NCBI GenBank assembly: GCA_973895155.1
Contig: OZ316892.1
Location: 15,306,861 to 15,370,860 of the forward strand
DNA: 64,000 nucleotides
Source of the DNA: Marsupella aquatica
Taxonomy: Eukaryota > Plantae > Marchantiophyta
Direction: 5' to 3'
The position numbers and the translations under genes were made by a program. Position 1 is the stretch's first letter; each line of letters begins with the position of its first letter. Positions 51,941 through 64,000 of this stretch are shown piece by piece. The notes under the pieces are model-generated. The model was not told where the DNA came from and did not search any database. It worked only from the letters and a program-made list of their open reading frames with translations.

Positions 51941-53727
51941 TCATGGCATAGGCACACTGTTGGCATCTGCATCTCTGAATTCGCCTCCTTCAGCAAATGC
52001 ATCTACCCTTGTCACAGGAATGAAGTCCCCGCTATCATGAACTACAGGCACTTGGTCTGAACGCCGACGATCAAAGGCACTATGAGAGTGTAAATGAAAC
52101 TCAAGGTTTGATCCTTCCATCCGACGTTGCTTGGCCTGTTTATGACACACTACACGCCAACCTGGGGAGTCTTCCACATCCAGGAAGAAAGCTTGCTCCA
52201 CCTGACTAGGAAACACAAATGGCTCAGACCATTTGGGCAATTTCCCTCTGAAATTGGCCAGCAAGAAACCGTCGTTGTCTCTCTTCATGGTAGCCCTGTT
52301 ACCAAGCCAATCCTGCCACACCCATGAACCTTTCATAAGAATCACAGGACTGGACACCGCCCCATAGTCCAGAGCCCATATGTCAACTAATTCTCCCACA
52401 TATCCCATCTCCATCCAGGCCCTGTCGTGATTGTGGCTCTGTTGCTCAAATACAGTGATGAGCCCACAGTCATTCGTCACCCTGTAGGCACTGTCACCAT
52501 CCTTCACTCGAAAGTGATTCCCATATGCTCTCATCCGTTTGTAAGTCTTCACTTTCAGGCTAGGGGCATTAGACAGTAGGTAAATATCTGCATCCATGTC
52601 TGGGTGGGTCTCGTGATGCTCTCTAATTGCCACTTTGATCCACTCCATGAAACCTGGAAAAGTTGTTCCTGCAGTGGGATGGGCCGCCTTCAATGACTCA
52701 TACTCCCTGAACGAACAACCACACAGCATTAGCTTGGGTAAACATGAACAGGCTGAAGGAGAAAACCACACGAACACAACATTTAAGCTCATGAACTGGA
52801 TTATAGCACATGTATGCACTCACTGTATCCAGGGTTCCATCACCACAGTGTTGTGCAATACAAAGTCATGTGCCAAGTCTCTCATAGATATGGTCAGGTT
52901 CTTTGTGGTTGCAGCCCCTTCCAGTACTTCACCTATCACCCCTTCCTCCTCATCAGAATTCCACACCCTGGTCTTCACATGCTCATATTGTGCTATGTAT
53001 TCGGTCAGAAATCCCAGAGTCTCATCCTTGATGTAACCTTTAGCCATGCTTGCTTCAGGTTTGTAATATGTTCTCACGTGACCTTTGAGTAGCTTCATGT
53101 ACCGTTCCAAAGGGTACAACCAATGAGCACTCACAGGCCCAAATTGGTGTAGCTCTTCCACAACATGGACAAGTAGGTGGGTCATGACATCAAAAAATGC
53201 GGGAGGAAAATAAATCTCCAGGTCACACAGCACCTGAGCGACATCTTCTGTTAGTTGTGGAAAGTGTATTTCATCCCAAACCTTCACACAAATACGACGA
53301 AACACATCACTGAGTCGCATGATCACAGTACGAACAGGCTTCTGCAACAGGCCCCTCAGGCATAAAGGCAACACCTGTTGCATCAACATATGGTAGTCAT
53401 GGCTTTTCATACTACCAAGCTTTCTAGTCATGATATGCTTCTTGAAAGCACTGCCATAGTTTGAAGGAACCTTCAAAGAACTCAACCTCTGCACAAATAG
53501 TTCCCACTCTGTGTCTGTCAGAACATAGGGCGCTTGGTACTTCAAGAGCACATCAGCTCTGTGGGCATGTGGCCTCAACCAAAGATGGGGTTTCATTCCC
53601 CTCTGTTCAAGATCCAATCTCACTGAACCAGTGTCTTTCTCTCCACACAAGAATCTGAGTAGACTCTCACAAATATTCTTTTCAATGTGCATAACATCAA
53701 TGTTATGTTTGCTTGGCTCAAACTCCT
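51941..53727 (-). CDS. CACTA TnpD C-terminal exons (DUF4218, DUF4216)
   Basis: HNIDVMHIEKNICE, MKSHDYH, FPPAFFDVMTHLLVH, GPV..HWLYPLERYM, PEASMAKGY, EPFVFPSQVEQAFF...WRVV. The upstream Transposase_21 exon is missing. Confidence 0.9.
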
Positions 53728-54162
53728 GCATCGTTGCAATGGAAGCTCTGCAATCATGGACAGCAGTGAACAGGGATGCCTAATGGTGGTATTTGTGTTC
53801 CATATATCCCTGACTGTATCTGCCAAAAGAGTTAACATAACGTGTACTAAATTCTCACAAACCCTAAACCACCCCAAAAGAAAAAAACAGGTTCGCAAGT
53901 AGTGTACCTATTGTCAAGTGAATGACACAAAATTCCTAAATGTTGGAGGGTGTCACCACCTCCTCCGCTGTCCTCAAATGTACCGCCTCTGCATGTACGT
54001 TTACAGTGACACCCCCAGGCAGCAGGAAACAACAATCTGCCAACAGTAAAATAAGCCCAACTACCACCAACCATAACAAGGTACATTAGTTCAAAGATCA
54101 CATTTATTTCAATGATCTGATTTATACAAAAAAACTTGTGTCCAAACTGATGCTACTACTCC

Positions 54163-54837
54163 TCACTCTGATTCAGAATCGCTAATGACCCATTCCTCAC
54201 TTGTTGTCTCATAGTCCTCTCTGTAAGGATCCTGACCCTTCCGTGGCCAGGCCTCAAAAAGATCATAGTCCATTGGGTTTTGACGCTTCCCAGCTGCTAC
54301 TGATTTCACAAGCCAAGCATATGAAACCACAAACACATTATCGGACATGACATAAAAGCGAATGTCTCCCTTCCCAAACTTGCGGCAGGCTTTGGGATAT
54401 GACTTAGTAATGACATGAGTGGTGTCCTCTGTTATATTCTCCTCCACTGTCCCACCTAGGTCAAGCACCGTGGACTTGTACAGTTTGCACTTAACCTCTC
54501 CAATTCCCGCCTCCACAAATACCATGCTCAGCCCTTTCAGAATGGGGGTTGGTTGCTTCGTCTCCTCAGCCAACATACTCTTCAGCCTTCTAGAGCTCTG
54601 TCCTTTGTTGAGTACAGGTCCATATTGGACATCAGCAAGCCGTGCCTTTGCTTCCCAGACTTCTTGTTCAGCCCAAGCTGATGTAGTAGCTTCTTCATCC
54701 TCCCATAGCTCATATTGCTCAGTATCCTGTACAATCTGATGTGCTATGGAATCTATGATCCAAGAGGCCTCAACTACTTTTAGGCCTTGCTTAGTAATTG
54801 CAGAATTCATGTAGGACCATGACCACTTCTTTATCAC
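54163..54837 (-). CDS. BRCT-domain coding exon resembling the DNA polymerase lambda N-terminal BRCT
   Basis: LKGLSMVFVEAGIG...KSTVLDLGGTVEENITEDTTHVI...KFGK...VVSYAWLVKSVAAGKRQNPMDYDL shows the BRCT GG, THVI and WxxxS motifs. No polymerase domain follows. Confidence 0.75.
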   Translation of the reverse strand: MIKKWSWSYMNSAITKQGLKVVEASWIIDSIAHQIVQDTEQYELWEDEEATTSAWAEQEVWEAKARLADVQYGPVLNKGQSSRRLKSMLAEETKQPTPILKGLSMVFVEAGIGEVKCKLYKSTVLDLGGTVEENITEDTTHVITKSYPKACRKFGKGDIRFYVMSDNVFVVSYAWLVKSVAAGKRQNPMDYDLFEAWPRKGQDPYREDYETTSEEWVISDSESE

Positions 54838-55626
54838 TGATAGCCATGTCCCTGCAACAACATGTGTAGTCTCTAGAGTGATGTCCTGAACTACAGTGCC
54901 ATGGAGCTCAGAGAATCGTTTCTATACAGTTGGCCAATGCACTTTGGTCAACCCATGCTGGCCATGGACCAAAATGGCTCTGACCCCTGTAAACACTGCT
55001 GGGTGGTCACACTTTCTACGTTTCCCAGGCTCCATGTACACACACCCTACGTGATGACAGTGAATTTTGGAAGAATGGGTTCACCTGACAATACAAGGAC
55101 AACAAAATTCCTGCTTTTTGAGTTGATCTGGCCCACTGGTGCTCAAGTCTGATTTTGATAGGTACAAGGGATATGTGAACAATACGTACTAGGCACCTGC
55201 ACGGATGCAGGACATTGTTTGAATATATACTACAAAATCCATATCGAAGGTGAAATGAAGTGCAACCAACTTGTCATGGCACATACATATTTTGTTGTAA
55301 AGGAGGATACGTTCAATGACAAACTTATAGGGCAATTTGATTAATTGCATGCCTGATAATTTATACGCTTACAACTTAGAATCCTGTTTTAATTTAGCAG
55401 TCTGATGAAAGTGTTTATGAAAATGACCACTCAGCCTAAATACTTCCAAGAAGGCTTGTAAGGATAAGTTTTTATAGGCATGTACCCAGCCACTGACGCC
55501 AGAGCACAAGATAAGTGCTGCCTATATAAACTCGCCTACCCAACTCCTTTTCAAAATTGGAATCTCTGCAATCTCAAAAAATAGTACATCCACATCAGGT
55601 GCACTATGCATGTACAATGTTCAGCT

Positions 55627-56252
55627 TCACAGCCAAGATATATGATCTCTCACAAGAGTGCGCGAGGTAGGATCAATGGCATGGCGATGATAATAAAATA
55701 TCCATCGATCAACACCATGTGCAGAGTGATCATAGATTTCTCTATCACAAACATAACCCTCTGCTTGACGATCTTTCAGGCAATGATAGTGCCACATGGT
55801 GGGACACCTAGCACAGTGGACTATGTCAGTCTAGTACTCATGATCATGCTCACCACATGCCTTGCACCTATGAAGTGGGCAAGCTGTGGCATGAGCAGGC
55901 AAACACTCAAAACAGAAAAATCTCACACAAAAACGGTCTGGACATTTCCTAACATTTGCTGCAGCATCAACAGAGCCCTCATAGGACCCCAACTTCCCAC
56001 ACTGTGCACACTTAGCCTGCTTCTCCAAACAATCAGTGCACATCCAGTCTCCCTGGTGTGTTGACGGGAGGCCCACCCCTGGACAGTTGTTTTCTGCAGC
56101 AAGGTCAGACTCCGGGTTGAGGTGGAAATGCCTCATGCAAGGGCCCTCACAAATGACCAGGCCCCCACCATCGTCACAAATGGCACAACAATGAGCTGCC
56201 TTCTGGGAAATCTGACTTGCAGAGAAGTTAGTAGCATCTGCCCCAAGTACAC
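55627..56252 (-). pseudogene. EDM2-like composite PHD finger cassette, one premature TAG
   Basis: CCAICDDGGGLVICEGPCMRHFH...WMCTDCLEKQAKCAQCGKLGS...VRKC...C..FFC...CPLHRCKAC...EY*TDIVHCARCPTMWHYHCL...RWIFYYHRHAIDPTSRTLVRDHISWL*, collinear with the EDM2 PHD region as recalled (CAICDNGG..CEG.C..SFH; CPLHKC; CRRCP.SYH; RDH). Confidence 0.8.
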
Positions 56253-56319
56253 CTGTGTTTTCTCACCTCTGTCACACGCTTTTTGGCTTGAATTTTAGGT
56301 CGTGCCATGCCTGCGCATG

Positions 56320-56463
56320 AGATAGACTCTACAGTTTAGCAGACTGCACAGAAAGTAATATATATTTAGCATTTAAGGTACAAAGGCATTTAGATAGACT
56401 CTACAATTTAGCAGACTGCACAAAAAGTAAAATATATTTAGCATTTAAGGTACAAAGGCATTT
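56320..56463. repeat. 72-bp tandem duplication
   Basis: agatagactctaca(g/a)tttagcagactgcaca...caaaggcattt occurs twice. Confidence 0.9.
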
Positions 56464-58537
56464 GCTACTGCAATGAATTGCAATGGCCACACAAGGATGT
56501 AGAGCAGACATACTTTTGGTATGTTGAGCCCACACACAAACCTGATCCCCTAATACAATTGCTCCACCAACACCTCAATTTTAATTGTGGCTATGATTCA
56601 CCAAAGGAGATCTGCAACAACATTTCATGCATTTGAATCACATACAATAGTCGTGACATGTAAAACAGGCATTCTTCAAAGAGGATTGGTATGAAGCAGT
56701 GTCATAAGGGTTGAAATTTATACATCCTAAATAGGCTATGATAGTGGCTGAGACAAATAAGTGATGCATAAATCACATTTTCCAGGTTATCACATGGCCC
56801 ATTAATTCATTGAACGTTGCAATGTTCACCAGGTTAAAGCAATCATGAAAGCAGTCTTTCAATAGAGACTTTTATGCGAGTTTGCTAGCCTCTTAAATTA
56901 GGATATTTTGCTTAGTGCAGGCATAATAGGATAAGTTATGTACTGTTGACCCTAAACCCTGGACCCAAAATTGCTCATACATCAAAATTTTAAGTAAATA
57001 TCCTCTGTGTTGAAGTGAGAGTGTTAAGCTATAGGTCAATGGTATCTGGTCTGTGCATGCGGTGTGACAAGTGGTCCTCTAGAGCATGTGATCCAAACAT
57101 GTGTAGACACCAAAGTCACCAGTGGTGGGGTCTGGGAGGGCAGGACAAGTGACATCACCAGGCACACTACAAGATGGCGAGTGGTTCCAGATGATACATT
57201 GTGCTCTGTGCAAAAATCGGCATCCAAGAGAACGGTCATCCAATTCTGGGCCAGAAGCCCTACAGGCAGGACAGTCATATTGGCAACTGTGTACACACCC
57301 TTGGCACCTAATTTGTGGCGGGTCATGTACAAGAGACACAAATACCAAGGATGTCGGGAAGGGTACTGAAGTAGGTAGAGGCCGGCTGTAGTTGTTCCTC
57401 GAAACAACAAGGTACTCAAAGTACCATGCAGACTGGGCTGGAAGGATCCCAAGTCTGACATACTCAAGGCGCAACATCTCTGCCTTGCGTGCAAGTCACA
57501 CATGTTTAGCGTTGCGGGTCCTCACCATAAGTGTTGCTTTTGTTGTGATGTCCTCTGTGCACGTCCTTTGATGAGCAAGGTGAGCAGGAGGTCGACTTGC
57601 CTCGCCAACAGCAACCACCTAAACTAATCAGTTCCCACTCATTGTCTTGGTTCCAACTACAGGTCATAGTATACACATAGCATGAAACGTGCATAGTACA
57701 TATTTGATTTTGAGTTTATGAGTTTCCTAAGACAAAGAGCTTGGTGATAAACCCATATTCTTGACGGACATGTATATCAATCGTATTAAAATCCTGTTTT
57801 TTCATCTAGAAAGACTGAAAGTCTCACCTTGCAGGTTGCAGCAGAGAGAAAATTCACTAGTTGTCGTGTTGTGCAAGTGAACCTCCACTGATGCCCCCGG
57901 TGTAGCCCCTCAGATGTAGGTGACACTTACCAACTCCCAAGTTGCCTGGTCTAACAGAAAATGCTTATATCTTCAGAACTTTATAGAGCAAGTACATGAT
58001 CACATACTTCTGGATCTATTCATATTTGGAACTCTTGCCAACTACAACTCCCATTATGCACAAGCTCACATCAACAGAGAAAGATACAGAATGCATACTT
58101 ACTATGGCTCTAAGCACCTTCACTACGTTGTTGAACCCAATCCTGAAGTCTTTTCAGGGTGTTTGTTGTGCTGTCTCCTTTGGCACCCAACACCTTAGTC
58201 CTTGATGTAACAGAATGCGATTTTACAAGTTAGATGCTTTGGAACCTTCTATGGTCTTAGCTGAATTGATGTCATCGTAAGTGGTGAAAGACAAGGAAGA
58301 CGAAAGCTGGTTGAAGAGCTGTGGACAACACACTAGCATGAAGTGCTTCAACCAATCCACTGCCAAACAAAACTCTTACACAGTCACATTTTTTCAGTAA
58401 ACAGAAACTCAGTCAAACTTCATAATCAAAGTACAGACTCTGAAGGACCAAAGGAGGATGTTGTGAGTTTCTCTGTTGTTTAATATGTTACCCTTCTAGT
58501 TTCGAAGTTAGCAAATGCTGAATAATGTGTCTACCAG

Positions 58538-58877
58538 ATCTTCGAAAAGAAGCCCACCACAATTAAGAACTTCGGTATCTGGGTGAGGTATCAGAGTCGT
58601 ACAGGTTATCCCAACATGTACAACAAATATCGTGATACCACATTAAACAACCACACAGCAAATGTATGATGAGATGGCTTCTTGTCATAGAGTTCGGTTC
58701 CCTTGCATCCAGATCATCAAGACTACGACAGTCCCTGTCTCTCTGTGCAAGCGAGAAAGTACCAAGCAGTTCCATGATTCAAAGATCAAGTTCCCCTTGA
58801 CGTACCGCAAGATTCAACCTCCATCACGAAAGCTAAAGACGACTTACAAGGCCACCAAGCCCAACACATTTGTTTGA
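58538..58877 (+). pseudogene. RPL18A: Ribosomal protein L18a (eL20) last-exon fragment, frameshifted
   Basis: After a ccag acceptor: [37 protein letters not shown] / [22 protein letters not shown]...[18 protein letters not shown]...[15 protein letters not shown]. Confidence 0.92.
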
Positions 58878-60574
58878 GTAGTGCGGGTGCAGGTTCCCAA
58901 TTTTGAAACAATTTGGCTCATTTTATGTCCCGAGGGACTCCAGGAGTTTATGTATTGAGTTTCTAGGTCAGGATGCTTAATATAAGGAAATTCAATTTTC
59001 ACTTCGTTCCCAGCTTCTACTAATTGAATATACACGAGATGGAAGCAAGAAGATAAGCCACAATCTAGCATCTTAGCCAAACACATTCGTCCCGACAAAG
59101 CAAAACTACAATCACACAGTGCGAGTTGTGTCTGCACCGGCACCCCCAGTGAGACTGATCAGCATTTGGACTGCATCATTGTCTAGAGCTAGCAGTGGAA
59201 GGAATCAACATAGCTAGTAGTGGAAGGTGCAGTGGAGATAGCATGGGGACAGGGAAGGAAATGCAGGTTCCTTAAGCATAAATTTCCAAAAATGGAACAA
59301 CAGGAAATGAAGAATAGGCACTAAAGCGGTCAACTAGACAAACGTTGTAACAAGGCAGCAAGCATTGGATTAAGAAGAAGCAAGGTTTCATCAGCAGAAG
59401 CAAGGTTTCATCAACAATGGCATTGTGAGACAAATCACTCCTTACAAATTTCTACAGACATCCTCCCCACTTGTAGCTTCTCGGCCAGGCTGGATTTCTT
59501 GTAAGACAGGTTTCTTGTAAGAAAGATTTCTTGTTTGGTGAGGAAAGATCAAAAAGCAACTGATCAATGCCTTCTTGTCATCTAGAAGAGTTGGATGCAG
59601 CCCTATCTCACATTTAATGTTAAACTGAATGAAAGACATTATGCGCATGCACAAAGGAAAGACATGAATATAATTAAGGTAGGTTTTAAGGAGCGGAGTC
59701 AGCAGTCAGACTTAGAAAGTTCAAATTGAAGCGCCATTAGTTTGGCGTGGTCAAGAGTAAATAAATGTTGGTCAGGGATACTCACCTCTTTTGAATGTAT
59801 TACTGACTCAGCTAAGCCCAGCTAGACAGAAGTCACTCAGACCCACAAAAAAGTGAAGATCCACCTCCAAGCCGGAGCTTCAGTAGAGCAGCTTCTGGAC
59901 GGAACCAACTCTAATAAGCCCCACAGAACACAAATGTTAAGGCTCCAAGTTAGAGCTCACTTCAGCCGAGGTGGACATCGCAGCTAGACCATTCAGTATA
60001 GGCAGTATGGAGCCTGAGACTACACTCATTGTTCAGAATTGAGGTGATGAAAGTGAGTTGGCATCAGTGGATACAATGAGAGGGGAAAAAATTCTGACCA
60101 AATCGCACCTCTATAATCAGAGAGGTTCTATTTCCAGGGAACTCATTCATTGACCAGAGTAATATGGCCCACATTTAATTAGACTATGATAGACTCTTCC
60201 TCTGCAGACTCAAACTCGAGGAACCCCCACGGATGCCAGCATATACACGAGCTAGAAGCAAGAAGACAAGTCGCAATCTAGCATCTTGGCCAAACACATT
60301 CTTCTTGGCGATAGTAACTGCAAGCAAGGGGGAGACAGGGAGAACAAGGAGAATAGGGAGGCAACTCACAATGGAGCTAGGTAGCTCATGATCAAGCAGC
60401 TTGCAATTGCAGCAACAGTAGTCTTAGCAGCAAGCGATTGAGCTCCAGGAAATGACAAACCCGCAGCTGAGTCCTCAACTGACAAAATGTTTGCCACTCG
60501 ACCCTCCTTCCAACTGCAACCGCCAGATAGTAGGAATAAGGTAGAGAGGTTGCAGCCTTCTCAGTGATCCAATA

Positions 60575-60740
60575 GCACCTCTCTTACCACCTCCGCTCTT
60601 AGCACATCCGCTCGCACCTCCGCTCTCAGCACCTCCTTTGGCACCTGAGCCGCTCTCAGCACCTCCGCTCGCACCTCCGCTCGCACCACCTCCTTTGGCA
60701 CCTGAGCCGCTTTCAGCACCTCTGCTCGCACCGCCGCCCA
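60575..60740. repeat. GC-rich tandem repeat (cacctccgctcg / gcacctgagccgct units)
   Basis: Repeated 12-15-bp units near the 5' end of an apparent minus-strand transcript. Confidence 0.75.
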
Positions 60741-62249
60741 AACTGAAGCTACGTAGCAATCCTCAGCAGTGTGTGACAGAAGCACTCCACTCCAGCTCCA
60801 CTCCGCTCGAGCTCCACTCCAGCTGCTCTCCGCTCGTAGCTCCTTGGCCAGACTGGCGGCCAGAGCAGCTCCCAAATTGCAGCTCCTGCCCGCCCACAGC
60901 TCCTCCCAGTCCTAGAGCTCGTCGTCCACTGCAGCTCACCTCTCCACTCCGCAAGCCGGTCGCCCTCTCAACTTGAATGCTCTAGAGCTTTGAAGGTAAA
61001 CCTTCAAGCTCCAAGCGCAAAACTCCCCTACGCGAAGGAACTGCCCCGATCGCGAAGCACACTCCCCACTTTGTGAGACTGCGCACAATGTGACGACCTT
61101 CAGGCACGATGAATGTCCCCGTAATGGACAAGTGAGTTTTTCTGAAACAAAAACCTCCGAGTTCCCACGCACATTGAACTGAACTTTGCACTCTGTTGGC
61201 GTGTTTAAACCCTAAACAAAACCCGCGCACCCTAAACTCGTGTCCAAAGGCACACTCACGCACAAAGCATACCTTAACACTTAGTGACACTTAGTGAACC
61301 AAACCCAATGAGCCTCGACCACTTTGCGTTGACATGAGCCGTTGATACACATGTTAGTACCCTAAAGCAAATTGGACACGACACTTTGTGAGCAAAGATT
61401 AAATGAACGCAACTGTAACCTCTTAGAACGCAACTGTAAATTAACCCTTACACATGCCACTTAGGGAGGGTGGACAAAGAATGGGGGCCAGACACTACTT
61501 TAGCCCTGAATTGAAAATGATATCACCCCAATATTCTTGTCAAAGTTGCCCATGAACTCTAAGGAATCCATTGAGCAGCATAAGTCTTACTATTATAGAG
61601 GCAAGTACTCCCATGCACGTTTAATTAGGCTAGGATAACTACAATGCTCTTGACATGAAGACATTTAACTAATTCTGCAACCCTAAACCCCCATTCCTTC
61701 TATGTGCACCTAGTGCTCCCGACTACGCAAGTTGCAAGTCAAGGGTTGTAAATGGAACATTCCGTGATGTCTAGAGTGCATGTAATCCTTCTTGCACTCT
61801 ATTTCAGAATGCCGTAATGGAGAGTAGCTTATTCAACTTACATATGACTGCCCTACTAGTGTTACAATTGCTACTTTATCAGAAGTTGTAGGAATGACTT
61901 TCACAAATATCCCCCAAAAATCAGTTGATAAAATGTAACAACAATGACTCCCCTAAACTTGGAGTCATGTATTTTTGAAAGTCTCCCTAAAGTCACAAAG
62001 CATAGGGTCTCAAAAGGGGACGTTTTCTTCCAGTGCCCTGTACCTTGTATATTAGTCTCGGAGTCCTTACCACCACTTGCACCAGCACCACCAGCCATTG
62101 CACCACAGATTGTACTATTAGAGTCGGTACCAGTAGCAACAGCACGACCACCACCAACAGCCCCTGCACCACAGATTGTAAGTCATTCAATTGCAATCTA
62201 GTCTAAATACTTAAACCCCAATGTTTTTGCACTCCCCTAAGCATTCATT

Positions 62250-63700
62250 TCATATATTGTAGGGACAAAGACAAAGGGGAAGGGGTGTACCACTGGAGTC
62301 CCCATCCCCAGTACAAAAAGCAGCACCATCCCCTCCAATGTCAACAAACCCCTTCCAGGTTTGCCTTGTGTTTTTTGTAAAAACATATGTTTGCAATGCT
62401 TTGCAATGTTTGAATACAGTTGCCTCATTGTCTTTGCCGTGCACTGAAATTTCTTCATTCTAGAGACGGAGCGGAAGGGCAAGTGGAGGGGTTGTAGCAG
62501 TGGAATCACCAGCACCAGCCCTCGCACCACGGATTGTAAGTCTCATAAGTGCTTACTTGGAAGTTGTGCAATTGCAATCTAGTCTGAATACTTCAACCTC
62601 AATGTCTTTTCACTCCTAGGTTTGCCTTTGTGTTTTCGGTAAAAACATTTGTTTGCAATGCTTTGCAATGTCTGAATACATCTACCTCATTGTCTTTGGT
62701 GTGCACTGCAATGTCTTCATTCTAGAGACGAAGTGGAAGGGCTCCTGGAGGGGTTGTAGCAGTGGAATCACCAGCACCAGCCCTCGCACCACAGATTGTA
62801 AGTCTCAAAAGCGCTTACTTGGAAGTTTGAATACATCACCCTAATTGTCTTCTGCGTGCACTACAATTTCTTCATTCTAGCCCGTGCACGGGAAAGAAAT
62901 TTGATATTTGGTTTGCCTTCTTGCACAAGGCCACATTCCTTTCTATTCATATTACTTTGCAGGGGTTAAATACACAACCCTCAGTGTATTCAAGTCACTT
63001 AATGATATTCTCCATTGTAGAGAGGAAGTAGAAGGGGAAGGGGTGTATCAGCGGTGCCCCCAAAACCAGCAGCTTCACCAGCACCGACAAGCAACCCCTC
63101 CCAGGTATGTCTTCATGTACCAGGCTAATTTCCTTATCAACCTGCTTTGCAGGGAGTGAATACACAACCCTCACTGTCTTCTATGTCAATTAATAATTTT
63201 GTTCATTGTAGGGAGGAAGACAAAGGGGAAGGGATGTGTCAGCAATGTCCTCAGCACCAGTGGCACTAGCAATCCCAGTACTAGCAACCAATCCCTCCAA
63301 GGTATGCCTTTGTGTCTTAGGCCACATAATTGAATTCCTTCTCATCAGCGGTGTCCAACTGTTGAGTAATGTAAATACCTCATTGTCAATGTCTTTTGAT
63401 GTTGCTTTGGATTGTAGGAAGGGCAACAACGGGAAAAAGCAAGCAAAAGGCAAAAAGGAAAGGGAAATTTGGTGGAGCAATCCCTTGCACCTGCCCCAAC
63501 CCCTATCCCAACAAATGAACACTCAGCCCTTGCCCCTGTAACAACACCAATACATGCACCTGCCGATATCCCTGGACCACCACTAGCACATGCCCCTACA
63601 CCAGGACCAGCAGAAGCACCAGGACCAGCAGAAGCACCAGCCCCTATACCAGTGCCAACACCAGGCCCTGCACCGGCTACGAACTCCTCAAAGGTATGCC
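62250..63700 (+). repeat. Tandemly duplicated exon-intron modules encoding basic and Pro/Ala-rich peptides
   Basis: Units of ttgtag|G..gacaaaggggaagg...cc(t/c)cca(a)g|gt(a/t)tg at ~62258, 63016, 63206 and 63413. 62380-62570 is duplicated at 62640-62825. Confidence 0.6.
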
Positions 63701-64000
63701 TAAGGGTGCAGCAGCAAAATTCCTCTGCTTCATTGTGGAATGTGAATACCTCTTTGTCCATGTATTCTAATGTCTTCAGATACAATGTAGCTTCATTGGA
63801 AGGCAAGGAGGCCCATGATACATCTACACTACAAGGTCACAACTTGACTTGCAACTTGTACTGGAAACATTTATGAATAAAAAGCAAGTTGCATTCACTA
63901 TGTTTGATCTAATGTATAAAAGTTATTCATTCTGCTGGATACTACCTTCAGTTTGCACCTTCAGTTTTGGAAGACATTGTCCACATTGTCTTCGCACCAC

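Larger units (their letters stand above)
47223..53731 (-). mobile_element. Second CACTA element (3' part; 5' part absent or interrupted)
   Basis: Terminus CACTAGAAGAATCC at 47223, GTGACT subterminal repeats, and TnpA-like and TnpD exons. No matching second TIR in the window. Confidence 0.9.

Noticed and set aside
53890-53907. TAGTG at 53904 as the second TIR of the 47223 CACTA
   Set aside because: rc CACTACTTGCG does not match CACTAGAAGAA, the flank is tac rather than ccc, and there are no subterminal repeats.
58662-58877. Functional RPL18a gene
   Set aside because: Frameshift and substitutions at conserved sites, and upstream exons are absent or unrecognisable.
61853-61864. CTAGTG as a CACTA end
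   Set aside because: Matches only the first 6 bp of the TIR, wrong flanking triplet, and no subterminal repeats.

Overview
TE-dense, intron-containing plant DNA. Style and TE families suggest a non-seed land plant, but that is inference. No intact host gene is evident. From left to right: (i) a minus-strand cluster of two F-box-like ORFs plus a decayed multi-exon ParB/Srx-like gene with a long K/E-rich tail, associated with a dispersed palindrome CGGAA-N5-TTCCG that recurs at 13.7-14.2 kb ahead of a Tnp1-like exon; (ii) a DUF7869/Sola1-like DDE transposase pseudogene disrupted in its GHTHED motif by a 311-bp MITE with a 9-bp TSD; (iii) a Bianca-like Ty1/Copia element lacking its 5' LTR; (iv) a complete ~10-kb CACTA element (14-bp TIRs, TAT TSD) with a SET domain between its transposase exons; (v) an intact 1089-aa retroelement-type accessory ORF; (vi) a second CACTA, followed by a Pol-lambda-like BRCT exon, an EDM2-type composite PHD cassette and an RPL18a fragment. 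The main theme is transposons carrying chromatin, DNA-binding and ubiquitin modules (SET, EDM2-PHD, BRCT, ParB-like, F-box) together with dispersed short binding-site-like motifs. All domain calls are from motif recognition by eye, not database searches.
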